A DNA stretch of 64,000 nucleotides from an uncultured Bacilli bacterium (GCA_947586825.1 CANPXU010000003.1:10394-74393); one strand, 5' to 3'. Positions 46,942-55,477 are shown, counted from the first letter of the stretch. A program made the numbers and translations. Notes: generated from the letters alone by a model not told the origin.

Positions 46942-47436
46942 ATGAATTTAAATGATATAGATTTGAGTCACATAAAAGTAGCAATATTTGATTTTGATGC
47001 GACTTTAGCAATTCATAAAGATAAAGACTTTTCTGAACACCGAAAGGTTAGCGAAGAAAATTTTTTTAGCTTTTATGCAAAAGCCTATAAATCTCCTGAA
47101 CGCTTTTATGATGATATAGAACCTTGTACTAAATCAGAAAAAGCATATGACCTTGTTAATACATTAAGAAAAATGAATATAAAGATGTACTGCTTATCTG
47201 GGATGAAATTTACATTTCATTTAAAGGCTAAACAAGCTTTTGTTAGTAAATACTATGGCGATGATATCGAAGTAATTGCCACATCCTCTCAGGAGTTAAA
47301 ACTCATAGGAGTAAATATTATAAAAGAAATAAATAATTGTGAATTAGATGAAATTTTATTTGTAGACGATTTGGATGAAGTTGTTAGTATGCTAAAAGAA
47401 AACGGAGTTAAAGCAATAAACGTTCAAGAAATATGA
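46942..47436 (+). CDS. HAD-superfamily hydrolase
   Basis: Motif I is IFDFDATLA. A later FVDD motif is present. The start is moved to 46942. Confidence 0.6.
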   Translation: MNLNDIDLSHIKVAIFDFDATLAIHKDKDFSEHRKVSEENFFSFYAKAYKSPERFYDDIEPCTKSEKAYDLVNTLRKMNIKMYCLSGMKFTFHLKAKQAFVSKYYGDDIEVIATSSQELKLIGVNIIKEINNCELDEILFVDDLDEVVSMLKENGVKAINVQEI

Positions 47437-47744
47437 ATGGGATGGTAAATAAAATGGATATGCAATATGAAAATAATGCTGTGCAAAAATATAATGATAT
47501 AATGCAAAGATATAGAAATGGGGAGTTTGGAGATAATTATCTTACGCTTGCCCAAATAATGGCAGCAGCAGGAGAACCTGACTTTTTTGAAAATCTTACT
47601 ATCGAAGAAATAGATGAACTTATTAATCAAAGCACAGGAATGCTTCGGATGTTTTTTGCTGGCCTAAAAGAGAAAACGCTTAATTCTGGTGGCATACAAA
47701 AACCACTAGGTCGCTTTTTAAATAAAAAAGATAGTAATAATTAA
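47433..47744 (+). CDS. Hypothetical protein (103 aa), translationally coupled to the HAD gene
   Basis: ATGA start/stop overlap. Contains MQRYRNGEFGDNY. Confidence 0.5.
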   Translation: MNGMVNKMDMQYENNAVQKYNDIMQRYRNGEFGDNYLTLAQIMAAAGEPDFFENLTIEEIDELINQSTGMLRMFFAGLKEKTLNSGGIQKPLGRFLNKKDSNN

Positions 47745-48481
47745 TCAATTTGAAAATAATCTTTACGAATTAGATCGTATGAAAACCAATCGGATACCAT
47801 GATAACATCCGCCTCATCAGCGCTTTTATACTTAGCGGTTAATGTATAATTAGATATTTTAGCCTCCTGAAGAATCATATGATATTCATTTGGCAAACCC
47901 ACTAATACTTCGTATGTGGGAGTGGTATCATCATTTATAACATTACCTTTTTCATCATATCTTTTAATAACATTAACATTTTCTATTAGTACATTATTAA
48001 TGAGTTTGCCTTTATATATAGCTTTGATTTTTATATCTACATAAGAATCATCTTTAATTATATCTCTATCACTTGAAGAAACCTCTAAAAGGAAAGGGTA
48101 ATAATAAGATTCTAAATTATTAAATACATAACCCGTTTCACTACATGGTGCTATTTGATTCTTATACAAAAAAGAATTTTGAGGAACAAAACCATCATTT
48201 TTAGCACAGAAAAATTCATTAGAATTATAAAGCTCATCTAAATCTGTTAATATTTCATCATTAACTAAATCTTTTGGTACCTTTTGATAGTCAGTGTTAT
48301 ATAGTTTAATAATTTCGTTAAAATTAGCTTCTTCTGTGACATAAGGAATTTTAACTAATTGTAACGTAATTTCATCGTCATTATCTTTTTGAGCACTATT
48401 ATTCTTTGTTAAAAAACCGATTGTGATACCTACAATAAATGATATAAAAATAATTAAAAATGGTACGATAAATTTCTTCAT
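47741..48481 (-). CDS. Membrane-anchored CpaB/RcpC-like (SAF + beta-clip) protein, tentative
   Basis: N-terminal TM. KVPKDLVNDEILTDLDEL...FVPQNSFLYKNQI is SAF-like. SYVDIKIKA...LIENVNVI...YEVLVGLPNEYHMILQEAKISNYTLTAKYKS fits the CpaB C-terminal pattern. Confidence 0.4.
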   Translation of the reverse strand: MKKFIVPFLIIFISFIVGITIGFLTKNNSAQKDNDDEITLQLVKIPYVTEEANFNEIIKLYNTDYQKVPKDLVNDEILTDLDELYNSNEFFCAKNDGFVPQNSFLYKNQIAPCSETGYVFNNLESYYYPFLLEVSSSDRDIIKDDSYVDIKIKAIYKGKLINNVLIENVNVIKRYDEKGNVINDDTTPTYEVLVGLPNEYHMILQEAKISNYTLTAKYKSADEADVIMVSDWFSYDLIRKDYFQID

Positions 48482-48490
48482 AGAATCACC

Positions 48491-49159
48491 TTATTTATTC
48501 TCTATAAAAGATAGATTATATTCACTACATAAAGTTGCATCGTTATTTTCCTTTGCTTTAGGGACAAAGAAAAGCTCAATACTAGAATTTTTATCGGCTT
48601 TTTCTAATACTTCTCTTATGTTATCTTCGGCGTTTAGCTCTACTATTATTTTGTTATTATTATGTCTTACATTAGCGACAGTAATATCGTTAATAATACA
48701 TCCGTAAAACTTAGGATTACCATCTTTATAAGCAAAAATATTTCCTTGGGTATTAATTGCTATCAAATCATTTATAGGATTACTTTCTAAAGTTATATCA
48801 TAAACATTATTGTTTTCCGAACAATTCTTTAAATTATCACTATTTAAATACATTCCCTTTGTTAGTGAGCCATTCGCACATGATCCTACAATCTTTTTTG
48901 AATCAGTTATAATATTAGTAACAAATTTTTTATAAATTTTATTTATTTTTTTAGTGCTTATATCTTTTTCAGTAATTTTTTGAGAGTTCTCAATGTTTTT
49001 GTTTAAATATAAAAGGGTTATATATTCATCGTCTTTATTTGTTTTATCATCATTAGCAAAGCTATTACCTACGAAAAAACCTAGCTCTAACATTAAAATA
49101 GAACATAAAGTTATAAATATAATTTTTTTGATATTTTCGCTCTTTTTATTAATGTTCAT
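48491..49159 (-). CDS. Membrane-anchored CpaB/RcpC-like (SAF domain) protein, tentative
   Basis: N-terminal TM. ITLLYLNKNIENSQKITEKDIS...ITDSKKIVGSCANGSLTKGMYLNSDNL is SAF-like. IINDITVANV...KIIVELNAEDNIREVLEKADKNSSIELFFVPK is CpaB-C-like. Confidence 0.4.
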   Translation of the reverse strand: MNINKKSENIKKIIFITLCSILMLELGFFVGNSFANDDKTNKDDEYITLLYLNKNIENSQKITEKDISTKKINKIYKKFVTNIITDSKKIVGSCANGSLTKGMYLNSDNLKNCSENNNVYDITLESNPINDLIAINTQGNIFAYKDGNPKFYGCIINDITVANVRHNNNKIIVELNAEDNIREVLEKADKNSSIELFFVPKAKENNDATLCSEYNLSFIENK

Positions 49160-49254
49160 TGTCTAACATCCTCATATAATAAAGTATAGCATATAAATGT
49201 TTTAATTAAAATTGCTAAATATAGTAAAATAGATTCTAGGGAGAAAGAAAAAAT

Positions 49255-50352
49255 ATGGCTAAAAAAGATAATATTATTATGTCTTTAGATGAAATAAAAA
49301 AGTTTAATAAAGACATTCAAAAAAGATGTGAAGATTATAATAATTTAAATGATTTATCTTCTTTTTCTAAAGAGAAAATACAAAAATGCATTAATAAATA
49401 TTGTCTCCCTGAATTTCCTAGGTATGAGAATGATATAGTTTATACTAAAGAAAATACTTTAGATATTTTAGATAATCTAAATCTTGAAAATATTACAGAT
49501 AACCAAGGGGAAAAGGGCATAATTATTAAGCGAGCAAACTTAAGAGCTTTTCCTACGAATAAGCATTTATATGATAATCAAAAACTTCAAAAGTTTGATA
49601 CTATTCAAGAAAGCGAACTTTTAGTAAATACTCCTGTTGTAGCTATTCATGAAAGTAAAGATAAAGCTTGGGCTTTTGTCATTAGTCCCTTTTATATGGG
49701 TTGGATAGAAAAAGAAAATATGGCATATGCGAGCACAAAAGATTGGAATTACTTTATAAATAACCAAAATTTTATCACAATTACGGATAAAAGTTACCTA
49801 TGTAAAGAAATAAGCTTGGATATGAGTGTAACGTTGCCACTTATAAAAATTAATCGTAATGAATATGAGGTAGCTTTACCTACTAAAGACCTTAATAATA
49901 TGGTTACGATATCTAAAGTAACTATTCCTAAAAATATTGCCAATATAGGCTTTTTAGAATACACTTATGAAAATCTTCTTTGCCAAGCTTTTAAATATAA
50001 AGGCTCAAAATATAGTTGGGGTGGCCTAGATGAAAGTGTTGATTGCTCAAGTTTCGTTGGAAATGTTTATCGCTGTTTTGGCTTCTATTTTCCCCGTAAT
50101 ACTTCAAGTCAAAAAATTAGCATTGGCACAAGCTTATCCGTACAAAATAAGACTCTAGAAGAAAAACGCCAAATAATTGAAAATAATGTCCCATGTTTAT
50201 TATTTCGGCCAGGACATGTAATGCTTTATATAGGTAGGTATAATAACAAAAATTGTATTATTCATGCTAGTGGTCAATCTCTATCTGTCGTTATTTCTGA
50301 AGTTGATACAAGTATTTTATCAACCTTAGATAGAATCATTATAGTAAAATAA
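49255..50352 (+). CDS. NlpC/P60 (C40) peptidase with N-terminal SH3b-type domains (YkfC-like gamma-D-Glu-diamino acid endopeptidase)
   Basis: YKGSKYSWGGLDESVDCSSFVGNVY carries the Cys nucleophile and GHVMLYIG the His. No signal peptide, as in cytoplasmic YkfC. Confidence 0.7.
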   Translation: MAKKDNIIMSLDEIKKFNKDIQKRCEDYNNLNDLSSFSKEKIQKCINKYCLPEFPRYENDIVYTKENTLDILDNLNLENITDNQGEKGIIIKRANLRAFPTNKHLYDNQKLQKFDTIQESELLVNTPVVAIHESKDKAWAFVISPFYMGWIEKENMAYASTKDWNYFINNQNFITITDKSYLCKEISLDMSVTLPLIKINRNEYEVALPTKDLNNMVTISKVTIPKNIANIGFLEYTYENLLCQAFKYKGSKYSWGGLDESVDCSSFVGNVYRCFGFYFPRNTSSQKISIGTSLSVQNKTLEEKRQIIENNVPCLLFRPGHVMLYIGRYNNKNCIIHASGQSLSVVISEVDTSILSTLDRIIIVK

Positions 50353-50363
50353 AAAGAATGTAG

Positions 50364-51380
50364 TTACATTCTTTTAGGTTGATCAGGATCATCATCAAAT
50401 TCACCATTTTGATACCTTTGCTCAATATCCCGCATGGTATCTTCACCAATAATATTTTTTAAATCATTTACTGTGTGTTGCATTAATGACTGGGCTGCAG
50501 GACCTCGCATTACTCCTGCCATTTCTCTGTTTGCATTTGCTGAAACTTCCGATACTTTATTTGAAAAACGAATGCTATCAGCAAGATCATGGCTAGGGGA
50601 TTTTTTACTTTTATTAAATCTTAATAATCCTGTTGTAGTAATAATATCTTCTTGTAAATAGGCTTCAAATGAGCCGTCATATTGACCATTATTAATTAAT
50701 GACTTATATTCAGCAGCTTTTCTATCTAGATACTCTTTCCATTTTTGTTTACTGCCATAGTCTTGTTCACTAGTAAAATCGCTATCAATTTGTCGAGTCT
50801 TTAATCTAAAAATGTATTCATCGGTAATTAAATCGTTTAGTATTTTATATCTCTTATTATCCATAAGACCAAATTTAGGTCGTTCAATTTTTGTCGACAC
50901 TAAACTATGTATGTCACTGGGTATCTGAATACCTTTTTCGGCAGCCTGCGACAGAGCATCCAAAGGCAAACTAGCTTGATAATCATAAATAGTAGGTTTT
51001 AGGCGACTATAATAAATATTACTAATATCGCTAAATTGCTTTGCATCAGCGCCTTTAAGCTCCCTAGCGAAACTTTCTATCGTATCTATAATCGCTTTCT
51101 TTTTCCACGCTAATCTTTTAATCTGTATTTCAAGCTGTTCACCTTCGCTTAATGCAGCATATTCGGCGATTGTTCCTTTAAATACGCCAATGTTTGAATC
51201 TATATTATATTTTTCTTTTATTGATTCCATTTGAGCAATTAATTCTGCTTTTTTGTCTGGAGGTAAATCTACATATTCCCCATAAGAATCAGAGTATAAT
51301 TTTAATGATACAAGATAAGCATAAGTTTCATGGCTATTATAATTTCCATATAATATATCATTATGATTTAAGTTTGCCAT
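50364..51380 (-). CDS. Hypothetical protein (about 338 aa)
   Basis: The start is moved to the ATG at 51380 (AAGGAG RBS). No domain recognised. The C-terminus is QRYQNGEFDDDPDQPKRM. Confidence 0.55.
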   Translation of the reverse strand: MANLNHNDILYGNYNSHETYAYLVSLKLYSDSYGEYVDLPPDKKAELIAQMESIKEKYNIDSNIGVFKGTIAEYAALSEGEQLEIQIKRLAWKKKAIIDTIESFARELKGADAKQFSDISNIYYSRLKPTIYDYQASLPLDALSQAAEKGIQIPSDIHSLVSTKIERPKFGLMDNKRYKILNDLITDEYIFRLKTRQIDSDFTSEQDYGSKQKWKEYLDRKAAEYKSLINNGQYDGSFEAYLQEDIITTTGLLRFNKSKKSPSHDLADSIRFSNKVSEVSANANREMAGVMRGPAAQSLMQHTVNDLKNIIGEDTMRDIEQRYQNGEFDDDPDQPKRM

Positions 51381-51596
51381 ATAATCTCCTTTAAAGAAAG
51401 CCAGATTCTTTAATAAAGTAAAAATAACATTTTCCATTATAATTATATAGCAATAAAAATCTTGTTAAATAAAACATAGTTTATGTTATACAATATTTGA
51501 CAAGGTATTAAATATCCATTGTACTTACTTATAATAATAATTTATGTTGAAAAATTATCACTATATAACTATAATAATCCTTTAAAGGGGGATACT

Positions 51597-52904
51597 ATGC
51601 CAGAAGACATTAATAATTTAGAATTATACGATTTATTTGGAGTGCTTAAGATAGAAGAAATTTTTAGAAAAAATAATATTCCTATAGCTATTCCTTATCC
51701 TAAAGAAGATATATATAAAAGAGTAAAAGAACTTTATGAAAAGCAAACAGGTCTTGTAGAAAACGATGAAAATAAATTATATAAATGGTTAGAGGAAAAT
51801 AATCGTTTTCCTATGCTTAGTATATTAATTTATCAGTTCTTAAGTGACTTTGTAAATGGTAATACTTTAAAACCTGAATTTAATACTAAAGATCCTTTTC
51901 TATTTGCTAATTTAAAACCATTATTTGAAATAGCATTAGATCATTCATATTATTGCTTTCAAAATCGAAAAAAATCCGAGTATAAGCTTTCACAAATCTC
52001 TAAAGAAGAAATAGAATATCATGCCAGAAATATACTAGCTCAAATTAGTCCGGAATGGTTAGCTACCTATGAAAGATTGCAAGATGAGCGAAGAGTAGTT
52101 TATCTTGATGAATTAAGTGAAGAACAAAGAAAAGAGTTTATGGCTAAGTATGGTTTAGATACCTCATTAACTAACTTTATAACTAAAATCGAGGGTAAAT
52201 ATGTAATTTTTATAACTCGAAAATATACTTTATATGATGTCACATCAATAGTACATGAATTTGCTCACTATGTTAGTATGTCAGCCAAAGAAGAAAAATT
52301 ACCAAGAATTCTATCAGAATTTTATTCAATATTTTATGAAATGTATGCTACTAGATATTTCTTAAGCCAAAATTATAGTGAAGAAGAGGTTGAGGCTTTA
52401 TATGATGATAGAATAAGCAATATAAATGATTTGATATTGTATTCTTTACCTTTATTTGATTATTTTATAATTTTTTTAGAGGATGGATTAATTAGTGAAG
52501 AGCGAATGATTAAAAAAGCTGAGGAAACAATTCAATTGACTGTTAAAGCGGTGTCTTCGGATGTACTTGAGATGATTAAAGCTAAAACGCCATCGGCATT
52601 AGATCCTGTTAGAATGGCATGTGATAAATGCGATAGTTATTTAGAAACTATGCTTTTATCACCTGACTTAGTATATGAATCATATGTTTATATAATAGGT
52701 CATTATTTATCTACTAATGCTTTTGATAAAATGGCTAAAGATTCGAATGCTAGAGATGATATTTTAAATAAAATACGCCTTTTAGCAGAAAGAAAAATCG
52801 AGATGGATCCGTATGATATTTTCCTTCTTTGTGGAGTCGATAACGAAAAAGCAAAAATTCAAAGAGTAGGCGAGGCACCAGATAGTGGTACACCAAAAAG
52901 ATAA
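51597..52904 (+). CDS. Putative gluzincin metallopeptidase (M3/PepF-like HExxH)
   Basis: IVHEFAHYVSM....LSEFYSIFYE gives HExxH plus a downstream Glu. The start is moved to 51597 (AAGGGGGA RBS). The C-terminus is VGEAPDSGTPKR. Confidence 0.45.
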   Translation: MPEDINNLELYDLFGVLKIEEIFRKNNIPIAIPYPKEDIYKRVKELYEKQTGLVENDENKLYKWLEENNRFPMLSILIYQFLSDFVNGNTLKPEFNTKDPFLFANLKPLFEIALDHSYYCFQNRKKSEYKLSQISKEEIEYHARNILAQISPEWLATYERLQDERRVVYLDELSEEQRKEFMAKYGLDTSLTNFITKIEGKYVIFITRKYTLYDVTSIVHEFAHYVSMSAKEEKLPRILSEFYSIFYEMYATRYFLSQNYSEEEVEALYDDRISNINDLILYSLPLFDYFIIFLEDGLISEERMIKKAEETIQLTVKAVSSDVLEMIKAKTPSALDPVRMACDKCDSYLETMLLSPDLVYESYVYIIGHYLSTNAFDKMAKDSNARDDILNKIRLLAERKIEMDPYDIFLLCGVDNEKAKIQRVGEAPDSGTPKR

Positions 52905-52986
52905 CCTTTTAAATGGATAGTTATATATCTTTAAAAGATTGTTAATATTATAAAAAAAATATATAATTAATTTAGGAAGTGAAATA

Positions 52987-53223
52987 ATGATTTTTGATAT
53001 ATTGGGTTGGATAGGAATGGTTTTGGTATTAGTGGCTTACTTTCTTTTATCACTTGAGAAAATTTCTAATGGAATATTGTATCAAGCCTTAAATTTGTTA
53101 GCTGCTATACTTATGGCGATAGGTCTTTATCCTAAAAATGCTTGGTTTTCTTTTACACTTCAAGTTATATGGGGATTAGTAGCTATAATTGCCATCATAA
53201 AAATAACTAAAAAAAGTAAATAA
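52987..53223 (+). CDS. Small 3-TM membrane protein (CBU_0592-like family, tentative)
   Basis: 78 aa. The pattern GWIGMVLVLVAYFLLS..KIS....YQALNLLAA fits that family as I recall it. Confidence 0.4.
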   Translation: MIFDILGWIGMVLVLVAYFLLSLEKISNGILYQALNLLAAILMAIGLYPKNAWFSFTLQVIWGLVAIIAIIKITKKSK

Positions 53224-53247
53224 ATTATAATCTGCAAAGGAGGTCTT

Positions 53248-54093
53248 ATGGAAAAGGGCATAATAAAAAAGTTAAATAAACCTCTTACTGAAGAAGAAAG
53301 ATTAGCAGAGGCCTTTTTTATTCAAGATGCTGAAGATAATACTTTAATGCATATTGAAGCTTATCAAAGTCATCCTTCTTCTTGTAATGGTAGATATATA
53401 TGTTCAGATCTATTTAAAGAAACATATCCTTTATATTCCGAAAGTAATGCATCAAGAGAGAAGTATAATATAGTTATACATAATTCAGCAGCTGTTTTAG
53501 CTAATGAGATGTTTGGTATTGATGTTAAAGACCCTTCAATAAAAAGATGTATCTTTTTAACAGGAATTCCTGGTGGAGGTAAATCTTTTTTTATTCAATC
53601 GTTATATACTTATGACATTATTGGTGAGGATACAATGGTTTATGAAGGAAGTATAATTTCTCCTTCGGTTCATGAAAAAATACAATCTGCTATGCAAATG
53701 GGAAAAGAAATTTATATAATTATTGTTAATCCTTCGCTAGAACTTGCTGAGCGTAATGTTATTTCTAGATTATCTGAAATAGGTAGAGATGCAACTTGTG
53801 ATGTAATGGCCAAAATAGCTAGCGAGATACCTAGAGCAATTGCCCAAATTCATGAAGCTTATCCTGATATTTCTTTAGCAATAATTAATAAAACCTCAAA
53901 TACGGATTTGGATTGTAAGATTGGTTTTGGTGATTTAGACTGTTTATATCATGGTAGTTTTGATGAAATACTTGCTAAACTACAGGCATTAAGGGCACAG
54001 TATTTAGCTGAAGCTTCGACATTAGACCAAGTCGTAGTCGCAGAAGATATGCCAAAGGGAGAGTTAGATGAAGACTATAACCAAAAAAGATGA
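53248..54093 (+). CDS. Zeta-toxin-like P-loop kinase
   Basis: Walker A is LTGIPGGGKSFF. The downstream LELAERNVISRLSEIGRD resembles the zeta/AAA_33 arginine region. The C-terminus is KGELDEDYNQKR. Confidence 0.5.
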   Translation: MEKGIIKKLNKPLTEEERLAEAFFIQDAEDNTLMHIEAYQSHPSSCNGRYICSDLFKETYPLYSESNASREKYNIVIHNSAAVLANEMFGIDVKDPSIKRCIFLTGIPGGGKSFFIQSLYTYDIIGEDTMVYEGSIISPSVHEKIQSAMQMGKEIYIIIVNPSLELAERNVISRLSEIGRDATCDVMAKIASEIPRAIAQIHEAYPDISLAIINKTSNTDLDCKIGFGDLDCLYHGSFDEILAKLQALRAQYLAEASTLDQVVVAEDMPKGELDEDYNQKR

Positions 54094-54193
54094 TAAATTT
54101 TTAAAAACGATTGTAGAAAAGGCCAAGAAAATAGCCCAGCTAACAAAGTATAAAGAAATTGCCGACAAAATTAAAGCTAGGGCTAATTATTAA
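54068..54193 (+). CDS. Candidate 41-aa Lys-rich helical small protein overlapping the kinase 3' end
   Basis: Below the track cutoff. AGGGAG lies 5-6 nt upstream of the ATG at 54068. Translation is MKTITKKDDKFLKTIVEKAKKIAQLTKYKEIADKIKARANY. The stop is 3 nt before the next gene's ATG. Confidence 0.35.
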   Translation: MKTITKKDDKFLKTIVEKAKKIAQLTKYKEIADKIKARANY

Positions 54194-54196
54194 ACT

Positions 54197-54655
54197 ATGA
54201 ATAAAAAATATATTTGGTGGCTAATTTTTATACTTTTACTAATACTTCTTTTGATATTTGTCTTTTTTAAAATTAATAAAAATGATGATCAGAAAAACAA
54301 TAATAAGGATAATAGTGTAATGGATATAGTAAAAATTAAAATAAATGATGATGAATATGAACTTAAGTTAAGTAATAATGAAACTGCTAAAGAATTTTTA
54401 AAACTTCTTCCTTTAAATATTGATATGCAAGAATTAAATGGCAACGAAAAGTATTATTATTTAGATGATACTCTTCCAAGTAATCCTCAGAATATAGGGA
54501 AGATTGAAAAAGGCGATGTTATGCTCTATGGTGATGATTGTATTGTGATTTTCTATAAAACATTTAATACAGCTTATAGCTATACAAAAATAGGACATAT
54601 AGATGGACTTAATGAATTATCTAGTGAGAATATTACGGTTTTAATAACAGAGTAA
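54197..54655 (+). CDS. Membrane-anchored cyclophilin-like-fold protein
   Basis: N-terminal TM, then IKINDDEYELKLSNNETAKEFLKLLPL...ELNGNEKYYYL...GDVMLYGDDCIVIFYK. This is the pattern of the secreted cyclophilin-like family common in Firmicutes. Confidence 0.55.
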   Translation: MNKKYIWWLIFILLLILLLIFVFFKINKNDDQKNNNKDNSVMDIVKIKINDDEYELKLSNNETAKEFLKLLPLNIDMQELNGNEKYYYLDDTLPSNPQNIGKIEKGDVMLYGDDCIVIFYKTFNTAYSYTKIGHIDGLNELSSENITVLITE

Positions 54656-54720
54656 TTATTAGCACTAGATTTTTTTAATTATTTTGATATAATAATGGGC
54701 ATTGACTGAAGGGGAAATAT

Positions 54721-55413
54721 ATGAATAATAAATTATTAGTACTTTGTGATGAACTTCCGGGCGAGCATGATGGTTATACTGTAAAAGATAGTAGATATTT
54801 TAAACAAATATATGTTGATCCAGCAGAAGATTCAGATCGTATATTTATGTGTTGGGATTCAATTATTCCTGAAGATAGAGCATTTATTAATGCTTTAATG
54901 CATTATGTTCGTCTTACAGAATTTCCTGAACCTGGATTTTTTCTTGATCAAAGAGGAGCCATGGATCCTGCTTCAGGAACTATTCGTGGTAGTCTTCAAG
55001 AAGAAAGCTATTTAAATACTTATAACGGAATTGTGACAAGAGCCTTACAACTAGCTAAAGCAGGAGAAGATCCTACAGGCGAAGTGTTAGACTATGCTGT
55101 ACAATATCCATTTTTAGCTAATTCTCGCTTTTATGAATATTTTTCAAAACTTTTAAACGATAAATGTGTAATTAGAATATTACCAACTTTTAGTAATAAA
55201 TCAGATCGTAATATAACTTTTTATCGAGCTAAAATGTTAGAGGCTTGGCAATCCCAAAATCAATTTATGGATGAAAAAGCTGCTGCTCAAGTTCTTCCTA
55301 CTATTTACTATGACTCTATTAGTGAAGTATTAGATAAATCTGCAGATGAGCTTTTAAAGATATATTCTCTTCCATTATGGGGAGAACCGGAGCAAGTGCC
55401 TCCTGCAAAATAG
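54721..55413 (+). CDS. Hypothetical protein (230 aa)
   Basis: GAAGGGGAAA RBS. No domain recognised. Visibly more G+C-rich codons than its neighbours. The C-terminus is WGEPEQVPPAK. Confidence 0.55.
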   Translation: MNNKLLVLCDELPGEHDGYTVKDSRYFKQIYVDPAEDSDRIFMCWDSIIPEDRAFINALMHYVRLTEFPEPGFFLDQRGAMDPASGTIRGSLQEESYLNTYNGIVTRALQLAKAGEDPTGEVLDYAVQYPFLANSRFYEYFSKLLNDKCVIRILPTFSNKSDRNITFYRAKMLEAWQSQNQFMDEKAAAQVLPTIYYDSISEVLDKSADELLKIYSLPLWGEPEQVPPAK

Positions 55414-55446
55414 AACCAATAAGGTTCTTTTTTGTTTGAAGATGTA

Positions 55447-55455
55447 TGCTATAAT
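55447..55455 (+). promoter_or_regulatory. Extended -10 element TGCTATAAT upstream of the GH10 gene
   Basis: GTATGCTATAATA lies 23 nt upstream of the ATG at 55478. Confidence 0.45.
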
Positions 55456-55477
55456 AACATCATAGAAAGGATATAAG

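Noticed and set aside
54083-54093. Frameshift at the A6 tract extending the zeta-like kinase by about 34 residues
   Set aside because: The in-frame terminus carries the GE...KR tail shared with three neighbours. The alternative frame also has its own RBS and ATG upstream of the tract. A separate small ORF is the more economical reading, though a sequencing check of the homopolymer is still worthwhile.
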